Origin: Alphaproteobacteria bacterium
Lineage (GTDB): Bacteria; Pseudomonadota; Alphaproteobacteria; CAAHEQ01; UBA3637
Assembly: GCA_015062245.1 (NCBI GenBank)
Contig: SUVA01000004.1
Span: 11,343 to 75,342 of the forward strand
DNA: 64,000 bases
Reading direction: 5' to 3'
The position numbers and the translations under genes are program-made. Positions 32,025-41,954 of the stretch are shown here, piece by piece (the first letter of the stretch is position 1; the number at the start of each line of letters is the position of its first letter). The notes below the pieces were generated by a model. It ran no database searches and had not been told where the DNA came from. It saw only the letters and a list, made by a program, of their open reading frames with translations.

Positions 32025-32663
32025 TTAAATTTTAAGGGGGGCGTATAACGTTTTCCCAATCCGTGTGATGACGGCCCATTCAATTTCACCATAACTGAAA
32101 TGCCACCATTCTTCAAAATAATTTACAAAACCGGCAATTATCATTGCATCGTACAACATTTTTCGGTTTTGTTTTTGCTCTTCTGTCAATGTCGGATCCA
32201 AAGAAAATGTTTTTGTTTTAGAATTAAACTCACGCCACTTGGTCCCCATATCCAATTCCCGTCCCTGTTCATCGCACAAAGTTAAATCAATTGCCGCACC
32301 AGTTTGGTGTCCACTACCTTGCTTATATGGATTTGCGATAAAGATATTTGCCTTTTCATACAATTCTTCATCCGATATATATGGATTTTTATTTCTCAAT
32401 TCATCCAAAATACACTTCCAATAATATACCTGACTGTGAAAAGGACGGTATAATTCAAACGCCTTAAACTTATATCCTTTAGGTAAATGTTTGTGCGCAA
32501 TAGTCAGCATTTCATAAACCCGTTTACGCAACAAAAAATATTCACAGGATATTTTGTTAATAAAGATTTCATTATAATCATCGGATACCAATTCCGGTGG
32601 ATTTTCTGATTCAAATATTTCACATTCAAGGGATAAATCCCCTACACTATGTTTGATTTTCAT
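32025..32663 (-). CDS. D-alanyl-D-alanine dipeptidase (M15D, VanX/DdpX family)
   Basis: ELYRP, SGHQTGAAIDLTL, LDMGT, EEWWHFSYG. Confidence 0.9.
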   Translation of the reverse strand: MKIKHSVGDLSLECEIFESENPPELVSDDYNEIFINKISCEYFLLRKRVYEMLTIAHKHLPKGYKFKAFELYRPFHSQVYYWKCILDELRNKNPYISDEELYEKANIFIANPYKQGSGHQTGAAIDLTLCDEQGRELDMGTKWREFNSKTKTFSLDPTLTEEQKQNRKMLYDAMIIAGFVNYFEEWWHFSYGEIEWAVITRIGKTLYAPLKI

Positions 32664-32686
32664 TTTTGAGCTTTCAATTTAATTAT

Positions 32687-33886
32687 TTATCTTTGGCAAC
32701 AGCTTTTTTTGATGTTTGTGATGTTGCTGATTTTTTTTTCGCGTTCTCTTTGCAAGCGATTGGTATAAACAAGATCCATTGAATTAAAGCAACACATAAT
32801 TTCACTGTCCAAACGATCTGCATCAACGCAAAAATCGTTGATGGTATATCGTCGATTGACAAGGGAAGCTTTTGATTTTTTTAAAGCCGATTGGGGAACC
32901 TTTGTTACATCACAATTTAAAAGTCCCATAGATATACGACCAATAATGGGGGCAGAATAAAATTCATCACCGTCTTGGAACCAAACTTTTCCGTTATTAC
33001 TTAAACTTCTGGGAATACCATGACTGTATCCAATCCCCAAAACGGCAACTTTTGTATCTTTTTCGGCTTGAAAAGTTGCACCATAACCAACATTATCTCC
33101 CTTTTTAATTGTTTCAATTTGTAAAAGTGGCGCTTCAATTGTCATAACAGGGGACAAATTTAAAACTTTTGGGAACACATTAATTCCATATAATGCAGCA
33201 CCACTGCGTATTTGAGAAATTGGTGCCTGTTCTGTATTTGCCAAGTGGGCATCCAATGCCAAGCTTCCGGGCAAGCCAAAATGTTTCAATGCTCTTTGAT
33301 ATGTATCAAATTGTTTTTTATTTTGTTCTTGAACTGTTTTACGGCGTTGTTCATCTTTACAATCAGCCATTTCCGGCACATCGCTTGCACATGATAAATG
33401 TGACATAATCAAGGAGACTTTGTATTCCTTTAATTTTTCTTTCGTAAAATGGGGCCATTCGGATTCCTTTATGCCCAAACGATTAAAGCCTGTTTCTAAA
33501 TTCAGAATACACCCAGTTTGGGAAGAAGAACAAATTTTTTCCCACAACCGTAATTGTTCCATACTGTTAATAACAGGAGTTAATGCGTTTTTTTTAAATA
33601 AAATCAAATTTGATTTATGCGGACCATTTAATACATTGATTTGAATATCCGGAAAGTGTTTACGTAAATGAATACCTTCTTGTGCCGTCGAAACGTAAAA
33701 ATTACGACAACCACATTTGATCAAGGATTCAGTCACTTCTTTTGCCCCTAAACCATAGGCGTTAGATTTGACAACAGGACAAATTTCTTGTTTTGGAGCA
33801 TGGCGACACAATTCATCATAATTTTCCTGAACAGCCGCCAAATTCACTGACATTTTTGGTTGATAAATTTGTTCTTCCGGCATCAC
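32687..33886 (-). CDS. alr: Alanine racemase family protein (divergent)
   Basis: VVKSNAYGLG (PLP Lys), ETGFNRLG, MSHL, GYG, GRISM. Confidence 0.88.
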   Translation of the reverse strand: MMPEEQIYQPKMSVNLAAVQENYDELCRHAPKQEICPVVKSNAYGLGAKEVTESLIKCGCRNFYVSTAQEGIHLRKHFPDIQINVLNGPHKSNLILFKKNALTPVINSMEQLRLWEKICSSSQTGCILNLETGFNRLGIKESEWPHFTKEKLKEYKVSLIMSHLSCASDVPEMADCKDEQRRKTVQEQNKKQFDTYQRALKHFGLPGSLALDAHLANTEQAPISQIRSGAALYGINVFPKVLNLSPVMTIEAPLLQIETIKKGDNVGYGATFQAEKDTKVAVLGIGYSHGIPRSLSNNGKVWFQDGDEFYSAPIIGRISMGLLNCDVTKVPQSALKKSKASLVNRRYTINDFCVDADRLDSEIMCCFNSMDLVYTNRLQREREKKISNITNIKKSCCQR

Positions 33887-33890
33887 TTTT

Positions 33891-34559
33891 TTACCTTTCC
33901 TTCATTTGTAAAAAACCTTTTACTTGGATCGTTTTTGTTGAGATTTCTAAATTTTTCTTTTTTCCCAAATGATTTTTATGTTTAAAAAATTCATCTCTTG
34001 AAACTTTTAACAACAACCGTGGCTCAGGCGGATTTCCCGGTTTCATAATTTTCATTGTTTTTCCATACTGAATCATACCCAAACCGCCCTCTAAAACCTG
34101 TCTGGATAGCACATTATCAGGGCGAACGGTTGCGTTGCATTGTTTAAATTTAGGATTTTCGAAAAAAATCTTTGATAAAAAAGCACGAGACGCTTCGGTT
34201 GCATAACCTCGTCTTTGAAATTTAGGATCAATAAAATATCCCAAATCAATACGAGCATGTTTATCTTTCCATTTTCTTGAAGAAAGACGAGTTGTTTCAC
34301 CAATCACAAAACCAATCATGTTATGAGGTGCCGATTTTTCTGCCACCGCCAACGAAATAGTTCTTCTTGGAAAAGTTTTCTGTTGATCTATAGCTGATCT
34401 ATAAAATTTTACAGTGTCTTCTGGATTTGTTAAATCATAATAATTGATATTGTTAGGTTCTTCATTTATTGAACGACGAATACGTTCAATTGCAAAAACA
34501 TCCGCTGCTGTAATTTCACGCAAAATAAGATTATCCGTTGAAATATAAATATCCTTCAT
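33891..34559 (-). CDS. RimJ/RimL-type GNAT acetyltransferase
   Basis: TDNLILRE, LGYFIDPKFQRRGYATEA, N..S..VLE..G. Confidence 0.85.
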   Translation of the reverse strand: MKDIYISTDNLILREITAADVFAIERIRRSINEEPNNINYYDLTNPEDTVKFYRSAIDQQKTFPRRTISLAVAEKSAPHNMIGFVIGETTRLSSRKWKDKHARIDLGYFIDPKFQRRGYATEASRAFLSKIFFENPKFKQCNATVRPDNVLSRQVLEGGLGMIQYGKTMKIMKPGNPPEPRLLLKVSRDEFFKHKNHLGKKKNLEISTKTIQVKGFLQMKER

Positions 34560-34704
34560 AGGCTTTTCCTAGCGTTAGGTATCTAAATCTGTTTAAATTT
34601 TAACAAATAATTCAAAGAAAGTCAACATTTTTGTCTTACATCATTTTTTTGTTGCTATTCTTTTTTATTTTATGTATCATTTTTAACAGAAGTTTTTTTG
34701 TGGG

Positions 34705-35898
34705 GTGACTATGCAAAAAATGGAACAAATTTTATCAACGCTTATATCCTTTGATACTTCCAAAAAAGATCAGATTGAAGTGTGTTGTGATTTTGTTCAG
34801 TCGTTATTAAAAGAAGCTGGCTTTGAAATTCATCTTTTAAAATCTTCTTCTGGTAAAATCCGTGCCTTGTGGGCATGTCGGCCAGATTCGTCTTTAAAAA
34901 CAACAGGCGGTATTATTCTTTCCGGACACTTGGATGTCGTTCCTTGCAATAAAAAGAAATGGAATACGAACCCTTTTGAATTGGTTAAAATTTCCGACAG
35001 ATACTATGGACGTGGTACATGCGACATGAAAGGATTTATGGCATGTGTTTTGGAAATGGCAATAACTTTAAAGGATGTTCCCATCAATCGGCCCTTATAT
35101 ATTTCCATTACTTTTGATGAAGAAAGTAAAATGAAAGGAATACGTAAAATTCAATCTGTTTTAGGGGAATTTTCACCGGCTTGGTGTTGGATTGGAGAAC
35201 CATCTTGTATGCAAATTATTGATACACACTTTGGATGGTTGGGTGGTAAAATAACAGTAAGAGGACAGTCATCCCACAGTTCTACCCCTAACAAAGGTTT
35301 AAGCGCCATTGAAATCGCATCAGATATCATAAATTATATCAGATTGTTGGCAGAACAAAAAAAACAAACTCCTTTTAAAAATTCGCACTTTGAAAACCCA
35401 TATACCTTATTTAATATCGGAACAATTAAAGGTGGAATAGCATCTAATGTCATCGCAGACGAATGCTCATTTTTATACGAGGTAAGAACGCACCCAGGGG
35501 AAGATTTAACAAAGATTGTGAATGATATTGATAACTTTATTGAAAAAGAAATAAATCCAAAGTTTGAAAATTTTCCATCAACAGGAATTGAACACAAAAA
35601 ATACGAAGGTTACGCATTGGAACCATGGCATGGTTTAGCATACAGATGCATGTCAGAATTATTGGGGCAAAATGAAACCAAAGCGGTTTGCTATATGACG
35701 GAAGCCGGATTTTTCCAAACAAATAATATTCCAACTGTTATCTGTGGCCCCGGCTCTATTGAACAGGCACACAAGGATAATGAATTTGTTTCTTTAGAAG
35801 ATATTCAACATTGCCGAAGCCTTTTAAAAAGGCTGGCAGATTATTTAAAAACAAAAGAAACAATACATTTGGATGAATATTTAAAAAAAACAAAATAA
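34705..35898 (+). CDS. argE: Acetylornithine deacetylase (M20A)
   Basis: SGHLDVVP, GRGTCDMKGF, DEE, GEP, GPGSIEQAHKDNE. Confidence 0.9.
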   Translation: MTMQKMEQILSTLISFDTSKKDQIEVCCDFVQSLLKEAGFEIHLLKSSSGKIRALWACRPDSSLKTTGGIILSGHLDVVPCNKKKWNTNPFELVKISDRYYGRGTCDMKGFMACVLEMAITLKDVPINRPLYISITFDEESKMKGIRKIQSVLGEFSPAWCWIGEPSCMQIIDTHFGWLGGKITVRGQSSHSSTPNKGLSAIEIASDIINYIRLLAEQKKQTPFKNSHFENPYTLFNIGTIKGGIASNVIADECSFLYEVRTHPGEDLTKIVNDIDNFIEKEINPKFENFPSTGIEHKKYEGYALEPWHGLAYRCMSELLGQNETKAVCYMTEAGFFQTNNIPTVICGPGSIEQAHKDNEFVSLEDIQHCRSLLKRLADYLKTKETIHLDEYLKKTK

Positions 35899-35911
35899 AT
35901 GGAGATAATAA

Positions 35912-36361
35912 ATGATACGTAATGCTACAATGGCAGATTCTGTCGCAATTTTGGAATTAGTCAATTACCATGCAGACAGAGGTTTGATGTTAAAAAAATG
36001 TCCTTATGATGTTTATCGGAACATTCAAGGTTTTTTTGTTTATGAAGAAGACGGCAAAATTCTTGGTTGCGCACGTGTTTCTGTTGCATGGAAAGATTTG
36101 GTTGAAGTTGCTTCCTTGGCTGTTCACAAAGAACATCTCAGAAAAGGAATCGGGAAAAAATTGGTGGAAAAATGCATAGAACGTGCCAAACAATTAAATG
36201 TTCCCAGAATTTTTTCCTTAACATACCAATGTGAATTTTTTGAAAAATGCGGTTTTCATGAAGTGGAGCGAGATACCTTACCGCATAAAGTTTTTGGTGA
36301 ATGTTTAAACTGTGCAAAAGTTGAATGTTGTGATGAACATGCTTTTATAAAAGATATATAA
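35912..36361 (+). CDS. Short GNAT N-acetyltransferase (ArgA-like N-acetylglutamate synthase)
   Basis: LVEVASLAV...GIGKKL...FSLTY..EFF.KCGF...LPHKVFGEC..C.K...CDE. Confidence 0.85.
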   Translation: MIRNATMADSVAILELVNYHADRGLMLKKCPYDVYRNIQGFFVYEEDGKILGCARVSVAWKDLVEVASLAVHKEHLRKGIGKKLVEKCIERAKQLNVPRIFSLTYQCEFFEKCGFHEVERDTLPHKVFGECLNCAKVECCDEHAFIKDI

Positions 36362-36441
36362 AAATATAAATAAAAATTCTTGACACAAAAAAAAGCATGT
36401 GTTACAATCCAATCACATCATTGTGACATAGGAGGTTGAAT

Positions 36442-36954
36442 ATGGAATTTGAACATCTTGAATCACGCATTTCAAAATTGTATAAAGACTTTTTTGATGG
36501 GAAAAAAATAAATTTTATCAGTGGTGTACAGCTTTTCCCTTCAATCGCTGATAAAACACAAGCTACCACTTCCGATATCTTGGATGTTGCTCAAACGGAA
36601 GATAAATTGTTTGGATTATATTCTCTTATCAATTTAAAAACTCAAGATAAAGCCCCTTCTTTTTTATCCGATAAAGAAGCATTATCTGTGTTAAATCTTT
36701 TTTCCGAAAAAGGATATCCTAAAGCCCAGTTTTTATATGCCCATGCTTTGGAAAAACAAAATGATATTCCTGAACAGGACAAACCATTGTTAATGGTACA
36801 ATCTTATGGGAAAATTTTGAAAAATCCTTATGCGCTTACGGAATTAAGACATGAAGCGTCATCTGCTATGAGAAAATGGATGAATTACCTTTCTGAAACG
36901 GAAAAAAAGCCTTTCGTTGCTTCTTATATGAAATATCAAAATAAAATGCGCTAA
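36442..36954 (+). CDS. Hypothetical protein with Sel1-like segment and basic C-terminus
   Basis: GGAGG RBS; own TTGACA/TACAAT promoter; KGYPKAQFLYA. Confidence 0.6.
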   Translation: MEFEHLESRISKLYKDFFDGKKINFISGVQLFPSIADKTQATTSDILDVAQTEDKLFGLYSLINLKTQDKAPSFLSDKEALSVLNLFSEKGYPKAQFLYAHALEKQNDIPEQDKPLLMVQSYGKILKNPYALTELRHEASSAMRKWMNYLSETEKKPFVASYMKYQNKMR

Positions 36955-37027
36955 TTTTAAGTCTTGAATTGTAAAAAACTTGTTTTTTATAAATACATTT
37001 TGTATACTCGTAAAAAAGGAGGTTTTG

Positions 37028-37531
37028 ATGCGATTTGAAAAGGGCAGAACGATAACTGAAATTTTGGTTGTTTTGGGCATTATTGGTGTGTTATCATTGA
37101 TGGGGGTGTGGTATTATTCTCGTTCAACGCAGGAACAAAAAGTTAACGATATATTGAATACAATACATGTTCAAACGGTTCAAATTGCACCCGTATTGTC
37201 ACAACACAAGTTTGAAACATCAGAAGAAATGGCTGAATTTTTAAAAGCATATACAGTTGAAACTTCCGGATATCGCATTGAGTTTGAGCCGATTTTGGAT
37301 GAAACTTCTTTTTCGGGGGAAGATTTTACAGCGCGTGTTTATTCATCAAATGGTCAGCCGATAAAAGGAAGTATGTGTCGTCGGTTGATAAAAGCGTTAT
37401 CTGAACAGGAAATGGCCAAGGATGTTGATTTTACATTAAAGGATGAGGAATTGGAAGATGGTCAAAAAGGTGATGTTCAAGTTAAACTGAATGAACAAAT
37501 TATTGATTTAGACGCATTATGTGGAGGTTAG
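37028..37531 (+). CDS. Type IV pilin-like protein
   Basis: Class III signal EKG|RTITEILVVLGIIGVLS with Glu at +5. Confidence 0.8.
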   Translation: MRFEKGRTITEILVVLGIIGVLSLMGVWYYSRSTQEQKVNDILNTIHVQTVQIAPVLSQHKFETSEEMAEFLKAYTVETSGYRIEFEPILDETSFSGEDFTARVYSSNGQPIKGSMCRRLIKALSEQEMAKDVDFTLKDEELEDGQKGDVQVKLNEQIIDLDALCGG

Positions 37532-37532
37532 G

Positions 37533-38396
37533 ATGAAAAGAAAAATTTTAGGTATGTTGGTCTTTTTGTTTAGTATGCCGGCGTATGCTTCTGTTGATTA
37601 TATCAATTCCACCGATAGATATGGTAATACTATTTTATGCAGTGCTATTTTAAATGGCGATATGATGTTTGCTAAAACTTTGATTCAAATGGGGGCAGAT
37701 CCAAATTCGCCTTGTATGCAAAAAATTCATTTTTCTAAAATTCGTATTCAAAGACAAAATATTCAAGAAGGATGGTATAACTCTCATCAAAATCAAGGAA
37801 CTCAATATTTTTCTGCACCTGTTTACAGCAACAGCGTTGTTCGTCAAAAAAGTTTAAGTCCATATATATCCGGTAAGTTAGGTGTCAGTTTTCATCGTTC
37901 TCAATTACAGGCCTCATACTCTGGCATGAGCGAAAAAGAAAACATTAAAGATACTGCTTATTCTGGTTCGTTGGCATTTGGTGCCAAGTATAAGTTTTTG
38001 CGTGGCGAATTGGAAGGATCATATACCACCAAAGCAGAAGAAAAAATTGGTGATGCAACCGCAGGTGTTCAAACGGGTTCATTGATGATGAATTTGTATT
38101 TTGATATTCCTGTTTCTGACTCTTTTTTGCCGTATGTTATGTTGGGTGGTGGTGCCGCCTATAATCATGTTAAATTGGAATATGGCAATCAATCCGTAAG
38201 CAATCATAAAATGAATCCGGCATGGCAAGTTGGGGCTGGTATTTCCTATAAAGTGAATCAAAAACTGTTTACAGATTTAGGTTATCGTTATTCCGATTAT
38301 GGCAATGTTGACATTATCCGTGAAGATGGTGTAGACTATACATTGGATAAAATAAAATCGCATTCACTGACATTGGGATTAAGGTATCACTTGTAA
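37533..38396 (+). CDS. Outer membrane beta-barrel (OmpA/opacity-like) with N-terminal ankyrin-like repeat
   Basis: DRYGNTILCSAILNGD...LIQMGADPN; barrel motifs PYVMLGGG, DLGYRY, terminal LGLRYHL. Confidence 0.8.
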   Translation: MKRKILGMLVFLFSMPAYASVDYINSTDRYGNTILCSAILNGDMMFAKTLIQMGADPNSPCMQKIHFSKIRIQRQNIQEGWYNSHQNQGTQYFSAPVYSNSVVRQKSLSPYISGKLGVSFHRSQLQASYSGMSEKENIKDTAYSGSLAFGAKYKFLRGELEGSYTTKAEEKIGDATAGVQTGSLMMNLYFDIPVSDSFLPYVMLGGGAAYNHVKLEYGNQSVSNHKMNPAWQVGAGISYKVNQKLFTDLGYRYSDYGNVDIIREDGVDYTLDKIKSHSLTLGLRYHL

Positions 38397-38409
38397 AAAA
38401 GGATAGAGT

Positions 38410-39402
38410 ATGAAAAAGTTATTTTTGGGTATTTTTATTTTGATTTTTGCCACGGCTGTTTTTGCCGGTGGCAGTATATTTAAGAACAAACGAAAAGAAC
38501 GCAATACAAATGGTGTTGAATCTATCGGTATGCATATTTGCGGTTCGTTAAAATGCCCACCAATAAAAATTATCCAAGGTTCCTGTAAAGATAAAGAAAA
38601 CGCTTCTTTACATTGGGGCGTTTGTATGTGTAACGAAGGATTTGTATCACAAAACAACCAATGTGTTGTGGATAGAGGTAGTTCCTGTAATCAAATGGGT
38701 TCTTGCAATGCTGGATATTTTTGCAATTTTGGTGCCGAGAATACACCCAATCAATGTGAAAAAATAGCCTCGGAAGAATTGGAATACAATGGTGCTATCT
38801 ACTTACTTAATTCGGCTGCTAGTTTTTCAAATTGGTGTCGTTCATCAGAAGGAACAAACGATTGTCAATATGGATATTTGACATATTATTCGGCCTATGA
38901 TTGGTGTTCAATGCAAGGGGCCCGTTTGTTGAATTCAGAAGAACTTCCATCGGATAAAACAGAATGGTTAAGCAAATTGCATTGGGATGGATATATGTCG
39001 GCTTATTGGTTAGACAACGGTCGTATTGAAACGGATGGTACCGTTATGGAATTGGGTGATGCTACGGGTTTTTCGGGTGCTGGTGGCGTTGTTTGTATAA
39101 AAGATGGTGAACAAGAATCAATGAACACAACGGGTGAAGCACGTTGGTTGGAAATTGCCGATTGTGAATGTGATACCGAAAAGGGAATTTCGTTGGATCC
39201 ATCGGACGAACTTTGTAATATCCAATGTTGCAAGAATAAACACGGTGATAATTCGTACTATACCAAAGGTGTTTGTGCCAAAAATATAGATGATTTATCG
39301 GTTGTTTGTGCGGCCAGATGCCCTGATGAAACTTGTCCGACAGGTGATGAATCCACACCTATGGATGATTATTGTTGGGCGTATTATGAAGGCTTAATAT
39401 AG
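38410..39402 (+). CDS. Secreted cysteine-rich protein
   Basis: Signal peptide; EGF-like CxC spacing; A.DWC...G.RL lectin-like segment. Confidence 0.7.
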   Translation: MKKLFLGIFILIFATAVFAGGSIFKNKRKERNTNGVESIGMHICGSLKCPPIKIIQGSCKDKENASLHWGVCMCNEGFVSQNNQCVVDRGSSCNQMGSCNAGYFCNFGAENTPNQCEKIASEELEYNGAIYLLNSAASFSNWCRSSEGTNDCQYGYLTYYSAYDWCSMQGARLLNSEELPSDKTEWLSKLHWDGYMSAYWLDNGRIETDGTVMELGDATGFSGAGGVVCIKDGEQESMNTTGEARWLEIADCECDTEKGISLDPSDELCNIQCCKNKHGDNSYYTKGVCAKNIDDLSVVCAARCPDETCPTGDESTPMDDYCWAYYEGLI

Positions 39403-39411
39403 GGGGATAGG

Positions 39412-41727
39412 ATGAAAAAGACACTTTGTTTGACGACTTTGATTTTGACATCTGTATCCGCTTATGCTGTTGAATGTATAAAACCAAAGGAATGTACTTT
39501 ATGGGCGCATCAAATGTGTACGGAATCTCAAAAATTTTTGGGTGATGATGAATGTTTGGAATGCGGTTGTTCCACTGGTTATACAGAAATGCCCGATAAA
39601 AGTTGTTGTAAAAACGATAGAGTTGCCGAACATGGTGGCGTAAAAGAATGTTGCTTGGATTCTCAATCCTATTTAATGGCTTTAAATGGTGAAACTTTTT
39701 GTTGTGGAGGTGCTATGAAAGCCGTTACCACATCAGGGGATTGTTGTATGGAACAGGTATATATTGATAAGAATAAAAACGAAACCTGTGAAGCGCCCGA
39801 AAGTTGTCCGGATGGTTATGAAGATAGAACAACGGCGAATAGTAGTACATCACTCGTCTGTTGTAAAAATGGATATTTTTTTAGCTTTTTATTTGGGGGA
39901 GATATGGTTTCCCCATATTTTTGTGGGTGTCCGGATAATGGCATATCATATGATGATGGAAGCAATTTAATCTGTTGTCAAAATGGGAAAGCCTATGATG
40001 AAAATAAAGGCACATATACTTTGACGAATTCTATTTGTTCAAGTTGTCCTGAAGGAGAACAAAAGCTAAACGATGGCAGTTGTTGTAAAAACGAAAATAT
40101 TTATAATGATCCGAATACCTATGAAGAAAAATGTTGTGGTACAGGTCATCATCTGTCGGAATATGTTGATGTGTACAATGTAAGCCAAAGAAAAAAACAA
40201 TGTTGTCCGAATGGGCAAGATGCCTCTTCTTGGGGAACATGTTGCCCAACAAATGATTTGGTAGATGATTGGAGTCTGGCTCCATATAAGTGTGCTTTTA
40301 AAACACCTTATGATGATATAAATAAAGCATGCGAACGCCCAACGCCGAATCAGTATGGTATTAAAAGATGTATTAGGGGCGCTCAAAGGACAACATATTC
40401 ATCAACTGGTGCGATTTTGGCATGTAAAAATGGGGTTCCCTTTTGTGGAAATGAAGGAGGGGTTACATTTGAATCACCTGGTTTATCCTGCCATTGTGGT
40501 TGTTATAGTAATGATGATTGTATAAGAATAACGGATGTTGGAATAAAAAGGCGTTGTCAATCTGATAACACGTGTGGCATTCCTAAGGTGCTTACTTTTG
40601 AAAATATAACTGTTGTTTATGATAAATTTGCCGGTGGTGAAATAACCCAAGAAAAAATGGAAAAAATTGTGGCAAAAATGAAGGAAAAGTTAGCATTATC
40701 AAATGAAGATGCTGTGACTGTTAATTTTACCTCAGTACAGGGAAATGCAGCAATGAAAGGTTTCGGAGGTTTTTGTTGGGATGGCGATCGTAAAAATATT
40801 CACATAAACACAGCTTATTGTGAGGTTGTTAATGAAACTCAATTATCATGTGAAGGAACGATTGTTCATGAAAATATTCATCGGATTGACCGAATGAACG
40901 AACCACTATGGGGTAACTTGAATGTTGGTTTATCTTCATTCTACCAAGGTATTATAACCGAAGTAAATGCGCAAGCAATAGGCACAACAATAGATATTTC
41001 TAATGCCATAAAGGCGTGTTATAAAAACAGAGACGGTTTGGTTGTCGGTATTTATCGTGATGGACCAACGGCATCATCGCCACAAGAAAAACAAGAATGT
41101 AAAGACTTTATGAGAGACGTGAACTCTTATGGTAAGGGAGTTGATTATTATGTCAATCTTGGAAATGCCAAGCGCTATTTTTCGGATCCTGAATATTTTA
41201 ATCCTAACAATTGCAACGGTTTAAGGGGTGAACTTGAAAGGGATTTTATGAATTCCACTTATGCCCGTACAGGCTATTATCAAGAAAATATTGAATGGAT
41301 TGAAGAAACTCACCAAAATGTTATTGCTTACAATAAAATTAAAGATAAATTACTTGTGGGATATAACTTAGGTAAATTAGGGTGGAATCCTTTTAAATCA
41401 AAGGATTTAAACCTTTCGGATTTATTGGTTGAACTTTATAAAAAGAATGCTAAAATGTGTATGTCTGCGAATGAATTTACAAACCATCCAATCATGAATA
41501 TTGAGTTGTTAAAGTCGGATTTAGGGGAAATGGCAGATGCAAATGATTTTACGGTTTCCAATCGAGAGTGTATGGATTGTTGGACTGGGAAAGGATCACT
41601 TGCTTCACAAGTATGTGCCGATTGTCAAAAAAAATTGGAATGTATAACAGATCAATTTAATGAACAATGTACACCAGTTGAAGATTTTAATAAACTTATT
41701 GGAAAAGAATTTTTCTTTACTTTTTAG
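39412..41727 (+). CDS. Secreted Cys-rich repeat protein with C-terminal zincin (HExxH) domain
   Basis: Signal peptide; many CC repeats; TIVHENIH...TEVNA. Confidence 0.7.
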   Translation: MKKTLCLTTLILTSVSAYAVECIKPKECTLWAHQMCTESQKFLGDDECLECGCSTGYTEMPDKSCCKNDRVAEHGGVKECCLDSQSYLMALNGETFCCGGAMKAVTTSGDCCMEQVYIDKNKNETCEAPESCPDGYEDRTTANSSTSLVCCKNGYFFSFLFGGDMVSPYFCGCPDNGISYDDGSNLICCQNGKAYDENKGTYTLTNSICSSCPEGEQKLNDGSCCKNENIYNDPNTYEEKCCGTGHHLSEYVDVYNVSQRKKQCCPNGQDASSWGTCCPTNDLVDDWSLAPYKCAFKTPYDDINKACERPTPNQYGIKRCIRGAQRTTYSSTGAILACKNGVPFCGNEGGVTFESPGLSCHCGCYSNDDCIRITDVGIKRRCQSDNTCGIPKVLTFENITVVYDKFAGGEITQEKMEKIVAKMKEKLALSNEDAVTVNFTSVQGNAAMKGFGGFCWDGDRKNIHINTAYCEVVNETQLSCEGTIVHENIHRIDRMNEPLWGNLNVGLSSFYQGIITEVNAQAIGTTIDISNAIKACYKNRDGLVVGIYRDGPTASSPQEKQECKDFMRDVNSYGKGVDYYVNLGNAKRYFSDPEYFNPNNCNGLRGELERDFMNSTYARTGYYQENIEWIEETHQNVIAYNKIKDKLLVGYNLGKLGWNPFKSKDLNLSDLLVELYKKNAKMCMSANEFTNHPIMNIELLKSDLGEMADANDFTVSNRECMDCWTGKGSLASQVCADCQKKLECITDQFNEQCTPVEDFNKLIGKEFFFTF

Positions 41728-41736
41728 GAGGATAAA

Positions 41737-41952
41737 ATGAAACCAACGAAAAAATCACTTTTGAAAACTTTATTTATTTCGGCATTGGCTGGTCTTTCTG
41801 TATTGGGTGGGTGTAAAAAAAATCAATCCAACAATGTACCCCAAAAGGGTGATGGAACACGTCCGTCTGTGGAGGAAATGTGGAAAGAAGCTGCAGAAGT
41901 CAAAAAATGGATAAAGGAGAATATTCAACATAGCACTAAACAAAGGGATTAA
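41737..41952 (+). CDS. Small lipoprotein
   Basis: Lipobox LGGC; AGGAGG RBS. Confidence 0.65.
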   Translation: MKPTKKSLLKTLFISALAGLSVLGGCKKNQSNNVPQKGDGTRPSVEEMWKEAAEVKKWIKENIQHSTKQRD

Positions 41953-41954
41953 AT

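Noticed and set aside
32025-33886. Vancomycin-resistance (van) cluster
   Set aside because: A VanX-like gene and a racemase are present, but there is no D-Ala-D-Lac/Ser ligase, VanH or VanRS.
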